The position numbers were made by a program, and so were the translations under genes. DNA of 64,000 nt from Takakia lepidozioides (lineage: Eukaryota > Plantae > Bryophyta). The notes below the pieces were generated by a model that saw nothing but the letters and a program-made list of their open reading frames with translations, ran no database searches and was not told where the DNA came from. Where the stretch lies: positions 53,072,001 to 53,136,000 of the forward strand of contig CM060733.1 in the NCBI GenBank assembly GCA_030704615.1, in the 5' to 3' direction. Positions 24,701 through 35,731 of the stretch are shown in pieces. How positions within the stretch are numbered: the stretch's first letter is position 1; each line of letters opens with the position of its first letter.

Positions 24701-27700
24701 CAGTATTGCAGGCAGGTGTACGAGTTCGACGTTACCTGTATGTGGAGAGGGATGAGACTGCACGACGCGTCTCACTGCGCCATGTTGCTCAGTTGGTACA
24801 GCAGTAACCTGATTTGTCGCCAGTGTCTGCAGTTCGTGGATACCAAAAAGCCTTGCCAGCAGACATTTCGTTGCTGGGGGCGCATGATTTGGAGCAGGTT
24901 GGCTCCATTGATCTGGTAGTGGCAGGTTGGCCCTGCCAAGGGCATTCATCAGCCGGGCATGGCAATGGATTGCGAGACTCGAGGACGGGTCTGTTTTGGG
25001 AGATGGTGCGGATTTTACGCCACTTGCAGCTTCATCAAGCTGTATCTCCAGCATACATCTTGGAGAATGTGCCACTGATGAGTGATTCTTGGGCCAAGGT
25101 GATGGCCAGTGTGCATCAAGTCCGGTCGTGGCTTGGGTCAGCAGTGTTGCTGGATGCAGCTGCAGTGGGGTCATGGGCTCATCGTTCACGGCTATGGTGG
25201 ATTAACTTGATGCCACCCGCACTGCTCAAGCGTGCATTTGATGGGGTGTAGTGGCCAACACACCTCACAGTGGATAGCATTTTGGACACAGGGAGGCAGT
25301 CTCAACGTGTGAGACACGATGACCGTTTGCCTTTGCAGTGGTCAACAAAGAGGGTCAACCACGAGCAGCATTACCTACACTGCTCAGCTTCCCAGGATCC
25401 CATGCTTTTCGGGATGGTGGACCTGGCCTCTTGTGGGATAGCCAGTTGCAATAATTAGTGGAGCCCAATGCTGACGAGCGCGAGCGGGCGATGGGTTTTA
25501 CCACAGGTACCACGGCGGTGCCATCTCTTTCTGAGGCATCACGTCGTCAGGTGTTGGGGCAAGCAATGGATATCAATTGCTTGACCTGGATTATCAGCTT
25601 GGCTATGGCTGAGCAGCGCAGAGTACGAAGTACACTTCCCTTCATGGTCTCCCTGCCTACCGAGACGGTACAGGCAGCAAGTGGGGGCGAGCAGGTGAGG
25701 ACCACGAGGTGCAGGCCGCATCCATGGCACACGTGGGAGGTGCTCGAGGTTCAGAAGGAGTTGGCAGCCAAGGCGGCGGTGATGGATCAGGTTGGGGATT
25801 TTTTCTCGGATTGAGGAGGTCCTCAAGGATGGGATAATGGGGCAGGATGAGACATTGTCACTGACAGAGGAGGTAGTGGTCACTGCTCAAGAGGTTGCAG
25901 CATAGCAACCATGGGACGCGTCTTCTACGTCTAAGCCTGCTGGACTCAAGGTTGCAGTCACGGAGGACAACTGGGAGCTTGATGTTGGACCTATAGTCAC
26001 CGGAGGAGAGAGACGACATATACGGCGGTTCTTGAGGGCTTACAGTAATTGCTTTGCCTTCAGTTTGAAGGACGTAGGAGCACTGAAGGGTCAAGAGATT
26101 CGCATTGAATTGGCTACTGACACACCAATCTTTCGGAGACCCTATAGATACAGTGACATGGAGAGGTCCTTGATTCAGATGAGAACTCAGGACCTTTGGG
26201 AGGCTGATTTGGTGGAGCTATCTGGGGGAGAGTATGCTTCAGCCACAATGATGCCAGCCAAGAAGGATGTCTTTGGCAATTGGAGGGAGAGACGTATGTG
26301 CGGTGATTACCGGCCTGTAAATCGTCAGACCAAGTCCGATAGGTATGCCATGCCAACACCAGAAGAGATCTTTGATGCCATTGGGCATGCCAAGGTCTTT
26401 AGCACGTTGGATTTACGATCCGGATATCACCATTTGCCGATCAAGGAGGCGGATAAGCAAAAGACGGCATTCTGGGGGATCAATGAGCACGGGAAGGATT
26501 GCCTATACCAGTGGCGGTTCTTACCATGTGGGCTTAAGAACGCTCCGGCAAAGTTTCAGAGAGTCATGGACAGGATTCTAGCAGGGGTGGAGTTTGCTCG
26601 GTGCTACATAGATGACATCATCATTTTTAGTGCTACGGTGGAAGAGCATGAGAGACACCTTCAGGGGGTATTTGAGCGCTTGAGGGCGCACGGATTGAAG
26701 TTACATCCGGGAAAGTGCAAGTTTTTCCACAACCAGATTGAGTATCTGGGTCACATGATATATCCTGGAGGATTGGGGGTACAGCAGACTAAGGTAAAGT
26801 CCATTGCACAGGTTCCACGCCCCACGGATGTGAGCCGAGTTCGAGCTTTCATGGGGTTAGCAAACTATTATAGACGGTTTGTTAAGGGATTTAGTGCCAT
26901 TGCAAAGGCTCTAACCAAGCTGACCAAGGTGGACCAGGAGTGACAGTGGGAAGATGAGCAAGAACAAGCTTTTCAAGAGCTCAAGGCGAGGTTGACCTCG
27001 ACGCCCATCTTGAGACGACCTATCAGGGGGCGTCCTTTTCAGCTGCATACAGATTGGAGCATGTTGGGGCTTGGAGCGGTGCTCACACATGTGGATGAAG
27101 AGGGAAGAGAGTTCGTAGTAGCTTATGCTAGCCGTTCGAACAACGTTGCAGAGTCTAAGTATAGCTCATATGAGGGAGAATGCTTAGTTGCAGTGTGGGC
27201 CGTGGCACACTTCAGGTGCTATCTATACGACAATCTCTTCACCCTTGTCACGGATCACCAACCACTCAAGTGTTTGATGGACCTGCAACAAGGATGACTG
27301 TAGATCAAGTGTCTGAGGACCCTGAGGCCAGCAATGAGCAAGGTGGCGCCAAAGATATACATGAGGATTCAGTTGTGTTGGACTATCTCCGCACTGGAGA
27401 CACTGCAGCCACTGTGACTGCCAAGGAGAGGGATCGGATCCTACAACGAGCCAAGAGGTTCAAGTGGGAGGGGACACACCTTCTCCGAGTGTGGGAGGAT
27501 GGTCGAGTGAGGATTGTGCCTCACCCAACACAGCGGGCACGGTTAGTGCGGCATGCCCATGAGGAGTTGGGGCATTTTGGGATGCGACGCATACATAGTC
27601 TACTGCAGGGGTAGTATTGGTGGCGTGGTATGCACACAGAGGTGCAACAATTTGTGGCTAGGTGCATGATATGTGACAGGGTGCGTGCTTCATTCAACGC

Positions 27701-28086
27701 CTCTACTCCACAATTGCACCCTCTTCCGATCATGGGATTGGGCTACAGGTGGAGTCTTGACTTCGCAGGGCCGTTGCCACTGACCATGCGCCACAACAAG
27801 TACGTGTTGGTGATGGTGGAGCACTTCTCCAAGTGGATTGAATTGGTTCCATTGCCTGATAAGGCTAGTGAGGGAGCTGCGTATGCATTCTTGGATTGTG
27901 TGCTTAGCCGATTCGGTGCTCCAGCTGAGGTACTCACGGACCAAGGGAGAGAGTTCTTGGGGGAGTTTCAGGCTTTGTGTGACAAGGCCTTGATAGACCA
28001 CCGCACCACTTCTTGGGATCATCCTGAGGCCGATGGCTTGGCAGAGAGAGTTGTTCAGACAGTAAAGAGGGGTTTGCGCAAGTATG
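21800..28086 (+). mobile_element. Ty3/Gypsy retrotransposon with a C5 DNA methyltransferase (family D), copy 1: gag-PR-DNMT-RT-RH-IN, 3'-truncated
   Basis: Gag (LRSLQRFQRKPTESLREAFTRMRRL; knuckle CMHCGKHGHGEAQC), protease LLDSGAQ (23899-24294), DNMT motifs (24655-25620), RT with YIDD (26032-26943), RNase H FQLHTDWS..YSSYEGECL, integrase HEELGHFG..CMICD, WSLDFAGP, TDQGREF, GLAER. The 5' boundary is uncertain. Confidence 0.92.
24655..25620 (+). pseudogene. DNMT3-like C5 cytosine methyltransferase domain within retrotransposon pol (disabled)
   Basis: Motif I LDL/FGGISTG (1-nt insertion at ~24672), motif II YLYVERD, catalytic motif IV DLVVAGWPCQG (PCQ at 24931-24939), motif VI YILENV, motif VIII LLDAAAVGSWAHRSRLWWINL, motifs IX-X ERERAMGF..SRRQVLGQAM. 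Canonical (non-permuted) order, no introns. Confidence 0.92.
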
Positions 28087-29335
28087 ATGTGCTCAAATTG
28101 GCTGATGTGTACATCAAGATCCCTTTTCCCTTCATATATTGGCAAATGTGGTTTTGCCCGTGTTGGAGGTAACACCATCTGTGGCCCTAAACCCTGCCCA
28201 CTGACAGGTGCTGGTCCTTGAGGACCTGCTATTGTAGTGGTGGATCTCCCACCAAGTGCGGGTCCCTGAGCACTCCCTGCTACTAGCCCCACTATAATCT
28301 CAATATCCCTAGCTACAGTTGCACTACTTCCCACACTCCCTGTCCCCCCAGAGCCAGATCCAAACTGCCCGCCTGATCCCCCTGAGCCGACAGTTTCGTT
28401 GGCCTATGATCCAAGTGCTCCACTTGATCTAGGTCCAACAGGTTGGGATGTCCTGGTTGTAGTCTCAACCTCAATTGTCGGGTATACTTCTCCATACCCT
28501 TCATCTTCCAAATTCTTCTCTCTGTTTCCATCTTCCAAATTCTTCTCTTGGATTTCTTCTTCTTCACTCATGTAACTCAATTGCAATGGTGTTGGAGAGT
28601 CTGAACTCTCCGTTGGCTCTGCCACATCTTCCTCTCCCTCTTTATTGTGTGATTCAGAAACTGGAGTTCCTGCCTTTGGTGTCCAATGCCAACCCTTATC
28701 AAAGATTTCTGTCAAATCTTTTATCTAGGGATGTACCTCAGATCTCTCCCCTCGTGGCTGATCTTCTTCTTGTACCAAATCCCTTAATGTTTCTTGTAAA
28801 GAATAAGAAGGAGTGGCATCCAACTCTGGTTCCTCCAGTATGGGTAATGTACTCTCTGATCTTAATGGTGTGAGAGGTCCAGATGATTCCCCTATGTCTA
28901 TTCCTCTCTCCCAAAGATATGGATAATAATTTTTCAAATAACTTTCTCTTTTTGCTGAATATCTGTGAAGTCTAGCTTCTCTTTCATCACTCATGTCCCA
29001 TGTCTTTCATATTTTCAATGAGGCAATAACCAAAACTCTCTCATGTAGTATCTCTCGTATATGCCTGGATTTCTTTCAAGCTTCAATGCACCCTTGGCTA
29101 TACTAGAAGTCTCCGTTACCATATAACCATATGGCAAGCACGTAATTTGGAAAGCTGTTCTTGGTGTAAGTTTGATCCACAGGATATCCTTGGGAATCCA
29201 ATTCTTTACCAGTACCAATTCTTCATGCATATGAGTGTAAGCATTCACTTTCCGTTCCTCCCAGCCTTCAAACTCCACTCGTTTAATGGATAGCAACGCT
29301 ATCACATAAACCAGTGTTGGTAACCAACTTGCTCT

Positions 29336-30275
29336 TGTTAGAGGGCTGTCTGGGACTTAGACACTTTTATGAGCTTTGTGGGGTACCCTTAAGTTTTTGC
29401 GCAGACTTACGGATGGTAGACTTAGACCAATAGAGGCCTTAGGGGTGACAGGCACAGGCTTTAGGGGTGGTAGTCAGGTTTTCACAGCTTGACACAGCTT
29501 CGCACAGCCAGTCACAGCTCGACACAGCCCGACACAGCTTCGCACAGCCAGTCACAGCTCGACACAGCCCGACACAGTTCTACACAGCCAATCACAGCTC
29601 GGCACAGTCACAGCCCGATACAGCTTGGCGCAGCCGTCACATCGTACGTAGGGAACAATTATCATTGGCGGGGAACGACTATGTGGGAACGACATCTGTA
29701 GAGGGAACGTGCTTACTTCTTGAGATGACAGTTAGTTAGTTAGGCGGTTAGAACAGCTTGCGGGAAGATTAGGCAGAGTAGCAACTTGGAGAGGACACTT
29801 CGGGCATCACGACTTGGTCATCGGGAAGAGGAGGACGATATGGAGCTGGAGGAGAGAATATGGTGAAGAAGGAGAGACGATCTGTTGACGTTGTTACATG
29901 CAAGCTGTAGAGATATGTAGTAGGGTAGACTAGGGACACCATGGCTTCAGCCTGATACATGATAAATCTCAATCTAATACTTATTCAATATAAACATACT
30001 GTGTAGAGAGACTTGAGTGAAGCTGTGAAATGAATGGATGAGTGAATGGAACCTGATAGATACTGAAGCAATCTGATGCTTCAGTATACACAGTAAGGTA
30101 ATTGCTAATATGAAGGCAAGAAGAAATAGAGATAGGAAGCACAACCATGATTCACTAGCTGTAGGTCATGACTGATTGTTCAGAGCGGGCTGAGTGCTTA
30201 GAGATATCCAACTCTTCTATTTTGGAGTTCCTACCTCAGATAGCGAAGGGACGGGTGAGTAAAAGCCGCTCGACA
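29336..30275 (+). mobile_element. Solo LTR (940 bp, TG...CA), same family as the LTR at 30551-31567, opposite orientation
   Basis: TGTTAGAGGG...GCTCGACA, with flanks GCTCT and GTTCT (4/5 TSD). Removing it and one TSD restores the reading frame ..QVVCRGR-ASWLPTLVYVIALLSIKR.. of the host element. Confidence 0.88.
29480..29635 (+). repeat. Degenerate ~10-bp minisatellite (GACACAGCYY-like) inside the LTR; related arrays at 31200-31415 and 11525-11650 (opposite strand)
   Basis: Directly visible CACAGC / GCTGTG periodicity. Confidence 0.85.
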
Positions 30276-32941
30276 GTTCTCCCTCTACAGACCACTTGAT
30301 AAATCTTTATCACTCCTTTCTCCAGACCCCACTCAGGATCAGCATCATGCACTCTCTTAAGAATGTTTTCTTTGCAACCATCTGGCAATTCCAAGAATCT
30401 CTGAAAGAATTGCTTGGACAATCTTTCTTTCTCAATTCCACAAGGAATTTGATTCACATCAAATTCTTTAATTCTCCATCAACCATGATCCCATCAGATG
30501 CCTGTCACATCTGGTTGTTCTTGACCCAGTTTCCCAGTATGGTCGCCAAATGTCAAACGGCTTCTACTCACCCATCCCTTCGCTATCCGAGGTGGGAACT
30601 CCAAGATAGAAGAGTTGGATATCTCTAAGCACTTAGCCCGCTCAGAACAATCAGTCATGACCTACAGCTAGTGTATCATGGAAGTGCTTCATGTTTGTAT
30701 TCTTTCTTGCCTTCATGTTAGCAAATTACCTTACTATGTATACTTAAGCATCAGATTGCTTCAGTATCTATCAGGTTCCATTCACTCATCCATTCATTCC
30801 ACAGCTTCACTCAAGTCTCTCTACACAGTGTGATTGTATCGAATAAGTATCAGATTAAGATTTATCATGTATCAGGCCGAAGCCATGGTATCCCTAGCCT
30901 GCTCTACGGTATATCACTACAGCTTGCATGAATCAAGCGTCATCAGTTCGTGACTCCTCCATCTCTCCATTCTAGATCGTGCTCTCCTTCCCGATGGCTA
31001 AGTCCTGATCTCCAGAAGTGTCCTCCAAGAAGTGTTCTCCATGTCGCTGCTCTGCTTAATTTATCTGCAAGTTGTTCTAACCGCCTAACTAACTAACTGT
31101 CACCCAAGAAGTAAGCACGTTCCCTCTGCAAATGTCGTGCCCTGCCAATGATAACCATTCCCTACGTACGTTGTGCCGGGTTGTGCCAAGATGTGTCGAA
31201 CTGTGACTGTGTCGAGCTATGACTGGCTGTGTCGGGCTTTGACTGGCTGTGTGAAGCTATGTCAGGCTGTGACTGACTGTGTGAAGCTGTGTCGGGCTGT
31301 GACTAGTTGTGTCAGGTTGTGATAGACTGTGATAGGCTGTGTCCGGCTATAACAAGGTGTATCAGGCTGTGATAGAATGTGATAGGCTGTGTACGACTGT
31401 GTCCAGCTGTGACTGAATGTATAAGCCTGTCTACCACCCCTAAAGCCTGTGCCTGTCACCCCTAAGGCCTATGTTGGTCTAAGTCTACCATCCGTAAGTC
31501 CGCGCAAAAATTAAGGGTACCCCACAGAACCGGTAAAACTGTCTAAGTCCCAGACATCCCTCTAATAATAGTCCATGCTCGCAGCTGTTTTCACGATGGG
31601 GGTCCTATGGAGCATAAGACTCCCTGCCCACTATGCAGAAACCGTAAACTTTGTACATGTGCAGAGGTGTTTACTTCACTTGTACTTGGGGAACATATAA
31701 GCAAAGAATTTCTTTTTGCCTACGATATAAACCATTTTTCCTTACTGCAAGTTTCTGTACCTTTACGGCTTCACAACAGCTCACATGAGCATAACTGCTA
31801 TAAACAGCAGCTCACATGAGCATAGCTGCTATGTTTCAAACTATTTGGTTTTGGTGCTCATGGAATCAAAATTTATCGAGTACAATAAGCAAACTTTCAT
31901 ATATATTGTCGGAGAAAACATGTAGTCGGCAGTGACTACAATATAATTTCACAATACGTATGATGATGTTGGCAAATAATCGGTGCGGATTTTCCCCGCG
32001 CGCGCAGAAACATAGGAGAAGTATTGGTAGTCGGTGCCGACTACCAACATCCGTGCCTTTGGGTAAATCGAAATAGTGGTAGACACCAAGGCATTCCTAT
32101 GCCTTTTTGTTGTTTCTCTATTCATGGAGTAAAGGTGTGAAAATCACATCGCGGTTAATCGTTACCCTCAGTGCCAATTCAACAAAAACAAAGAAGAGGA
32201 CATTGAAGTCGGTTCCGACTACCACCACATGGGGCGAGGGAAAATGTAGTGGGAAAATATATAGTCGGCAGCGACTATAGACGAATTTCTCATTACATAG
32301 CATGTTTCCGAAAAGCCGTTGCCGATTTCTACCACGCCAACAAAAATTGAGAACAACTCACAGTAGTCGGTGCCGACTACCACCAACCGGGACGACAAGG
32401 TGCTTGGAATAAAAACGAAAATCGCAGTAGTAGGCCTCACCATTGTGCATATGCGGCCAATTTATTCGTTCACACTGTAACATTTCCACTGCGATACATC
32501 ATCCTTATCTATTGAGGTTGATAGGGTCTTGGGTGCATGATGTTGACAATGCAAATGTGTCACTCAGAGAAGTCGACGTCGTATCTACGGAGGCATACCC
32601 AAAATATATAGTCACTTCCGGACATACTCATAAAGCACATTACTTGCAAATGAACTTATCCAACTATACTCGCCGCTAGCTAATGCTCTCCTTTGTTACC
32701 TTAGAACGTTGGCGGAAATCGGAAACATCTCATGGGACAGGATGGAAACAAACGAGACAAATGAAATGAAATGTTTCTTTAGCAGGAGGCCACAGAATCC
32801 CAAGCCATACTCTTTAACATCAACTTTGTAATGGCCGTGGGAAGCTTCCATACATAGGAGAGCACTAAAGACAACAGTGAGGCCCTCAACAAAAGGCCGG
32901 GTAAAACAATTCAACATGAAAATGCAACTCGGCATTGTTTC

Positions 32942-33499
32942 TCACAATCGACGCCGGCACAGGGGGCATGTGCCGTTCACTTGAACCCAGCTGTCAATGC
33001 ATGCACTGTGGAAGGAGTGCAGGCACACACTGAGCATGCATATAGTTTCTCCCGGTTGTGCCGACTGAAGGCAAATAATACATGAGTCCATTGCCTTAGT
33101 TTCCGCGGTCACAATAACCTGTTCATCAGAACTGACAAAAGAGTCCATGCAAACACCACTCCAATGGAAGTCCTCTTCCTCAACAACCTCCAATTCTTCA
33201 AAACCATGTACAGGATACTCCCCAGCTTCCTCCTCGTCCACACTCTCGTCGGATGACTCTGACTCCAAATCCAATGCACACCACCAAGGCAATCTGGATT
33301 CTAAGAAGGCAATGCAGTCGGCCATCCCTTCTTCATATTCCGTGATGTTTACCAGCTGAGGGGAGGCAGGCCTGCTCCCCACGTCTTCTTCCACCGCAGG
33401 AATTCCAACTGCTTCAAAATTGGCATCAGGTGAATGTCCACTTTCACTACCATGTTCCTCTGCACCTCTCCCCTCATCATTGTCATACCGCTCAACCAC
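32942..33499 (-). CDS. RING-H2 zinc-finger protein with acidic N-terminus (intronless; start codon uncertain)
   Basis: C-terminal CIICLQ..CLHSFHSACIDSW..GTCPLCR is a C3H2C3 RING-H2 domain. Confidence 0.7.
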   Translation of the reverse strand: MVERYDNDEGRGAEEHGSESGHSPDANFEAVGIPAVEEDVGSRPASPQLVNITEYEEGMADCIAFLESRLPWWCALDLESESSDESVDEEEAGEYPVHGFEELEVVEEEDFHWSGVCMDSFVSSDEQVIVTAETKAMDSCIICLQSAQPGETICMLSVCLHSFHSACIDSWVQVNGTCPLCRRRL

Positions 33500-34199
33500 T
33501 CCACCTTTTTGTGATTCCTCGCTGTAGGATTGCCCTCACATGTGTGAAGATGGCCTCTCACCATCATGGAGGTAACTTCAGCGAATGTCGTTCCACAAAG
33601 TGGAATGTCACCTGTTAAACAGAAACGTAGCCCTAACAGACAAGGCCATCACTTTGGCTCCTTTATATTCTGTTTTGTACATGCACGAGCGGGAAAATGA
33701 TTGCCGCAAACGTTTTCCACTCCGTCCAATAGCTATAGTCGTTGTCGACTACTCCTTAAGCGGCCATTGGATACTATTCCACGGAAAATAAATAACAAAG
33801 TTCCGAATGTCGAATGCATCGATTTTAACCATGTTCAAAAAATCATGTTTATTACAAAATTTCCTATTACCGCAAACCTATTACCGCGCATTTTTGTCGC
33901 GCGCCTATACCCGTGATGGAGGTCGCAGTGCCTATAGTCAGCACCGACTACCTATCCATTAAATTTGTTTCTCATACAGTCTGCACCGACTATTTAGGTT
34001 CGGCAACTCCCGAACCAAATCTCGATAAACCACATCTGCAATCTATGGGCCACAACGATGGCTATCATACCTATTTTTCACCTCAAAAGCAATGGGAAAT
34101 TGCGTGGTGGCGGGTCAAAATCCGGGAATATTCCTTGGATTATGCTCTGCTCATGCTTATATTTGCTCATGCTCATGCTCACCGCTCATGTAAAATCCA

Positions 34200-35731
34200 C
34201 ACCCCAACAGTTAAGGCAAAAGAAGCATGAAACTGTTGAAGAGTACATGGAGAAGATGGAGTTAATGAAAAAGCTGGTTGCGGTATCGGCACTAGGATTA
34301 CATAAGACTTGATTTGTGAGTGGACTAAGACCTGAGTTACAAAAGAAAGTGGATATGCTACCTCGTAATACAGTGGAGGAGGCATTCGAAACAACCAACA
34401 TAATTGAGCAATTGGGAATGCTCAGGAGAGATAAAAGGGATGATGAGGACTCCAAAGATGAGTCAGATTAGGAAGAAGAGCAAGAGCTCAGGAGGAAGAG
34501 CAAGAAGAAGGAAAAGTTGAAGAGGGACAACTATGAGAAAAGACTGGAAGAAATCTTGAAAAAATACACAACAGAGGCTGCAACACATTGGAAGAAGGGT
34601 GTTTGGTGTGCAAAGTGCCAAAATGAAGGCCATACCACAGCTGAATGCCACATGAAGGAGAAACATTGTACTATCTGTAAAATGGATAACCATTCTACTG
34701 AGAATTGTTATTACAACAAGGACAGCTATAAGAGAACCTAGGCAAGTGAGGGTGCATCAAGTGCAACCCCGGCCAAGAAGAAACAATGACCAGGACCACT
34801 ATGGTAGGCCTGGTGGATACAACAATGGTATGGTAGGAAGAGGTAATCCAAGAGGGAATTACCAAGGCAATCCAAGAGGCAACTATCAGGGTAATCCAAG
34901 GGGGAATTACTAGCCAAGGAATCAGGATTATAGAAATAATCCCATAATAGACCAAAGGGCGAGGACCCAATGGTGAAGAACTGTGTTATCATTGTAACCA
35001 CGCAGGACATCGCAAAGCAGCCTGTCCATTCTGGATCAGACACTAGAATGAGATGAGAGCTCCTGTGAATGAAGGCCCAGTAGTGCCAACTCACATGGTT
35101 ATGCTATGTTTTGTACCAGAAGTAAGTACAACGATAGTTATAACAAGCAAAGCTAAACTAATACCTCCGGTGGATGAGGAGGAAGATGTAAATGAAGATG
35201 GCACTGATGTGCCTGAAGATGATGAGGCATAGAGAGATGAGAAGGAACTGCACAAGGAAGTGGCTGATACTATAAGGGAAATGCAGAAGGATATTGATAT
35301 CCCTATGGCAGATTCTTCTGACTCTGAAATTGGAAGTACAGACCTGACTGATGTACTGATAGATAGAGGCTCGGGAGTGAATATCATGACAGACCAATTA
35401 AGGCAGAAGCTTGGACTAAGTAACATGAAACTAGGCCCACTCACAGTAACAATGGTAGATCAAAGAAGTATACAACCATTGGGTTTGATAAGAGGGGTAA
35501 AGATACATATTCAGAAGACGATCTTTAAGATCACAATGACTGTGTTGAAAATGGATGATGTCATGGAAGCTTACTCCTTATTGCTGGGTCGGCCGTGGCT
35601 GAAACAGGCCAGGGTATTCCATGACTGGAATTCCCAGTTACTTACTGTGCATGATGGGAAGCACAAGATACAGGTCACCACTAAGAAATCTAGTAGGCTA
35701 CCTGCTACCAGAAGACCTCGTGGAGTCAGAG
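34200..35731 (+). mobile_element. Family A Ty3/Gypsy copy 3 (gag-protease fragment, many stops)
   Basis: Same gag knuckles (CAKCQNEGHTTAEC, CTICKMDNHSTENC) and protease (VLIDRGSGVNIM..LLGRPWL) as 14846-16480. Confidence 0.9.

Larger units (their letters stand above)
28087..31567 (-). mobile_element. 5' part of another Ty3/Gypsy element (LTR 31567-30551, tRNA-type PBS, ORF leading into gag), interrupted by a solo LTR
   Basis: The LTR ends ..TTTGACA at 30551 and is followed by TT-TGGCGACCATACTGGG (PBS). ORF pieces 30236-30457, 29015-29305, 28725-28994 and 28404-28715 lead to the gag-like PIYEGKRDLDVHISQFE near 28100. Confidence 0.8.

Noticed and set aside
24655-25620. Host DRM/DNMT3 gene, or an N4/N6 methyltransferase
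   Set aside because: It is intronless, embedded between PR and RT, duplicated with the element, and has non-permuted motif order. The catalytic PCQ/ENV motifs are C5-type, not SPPY/DPPY.
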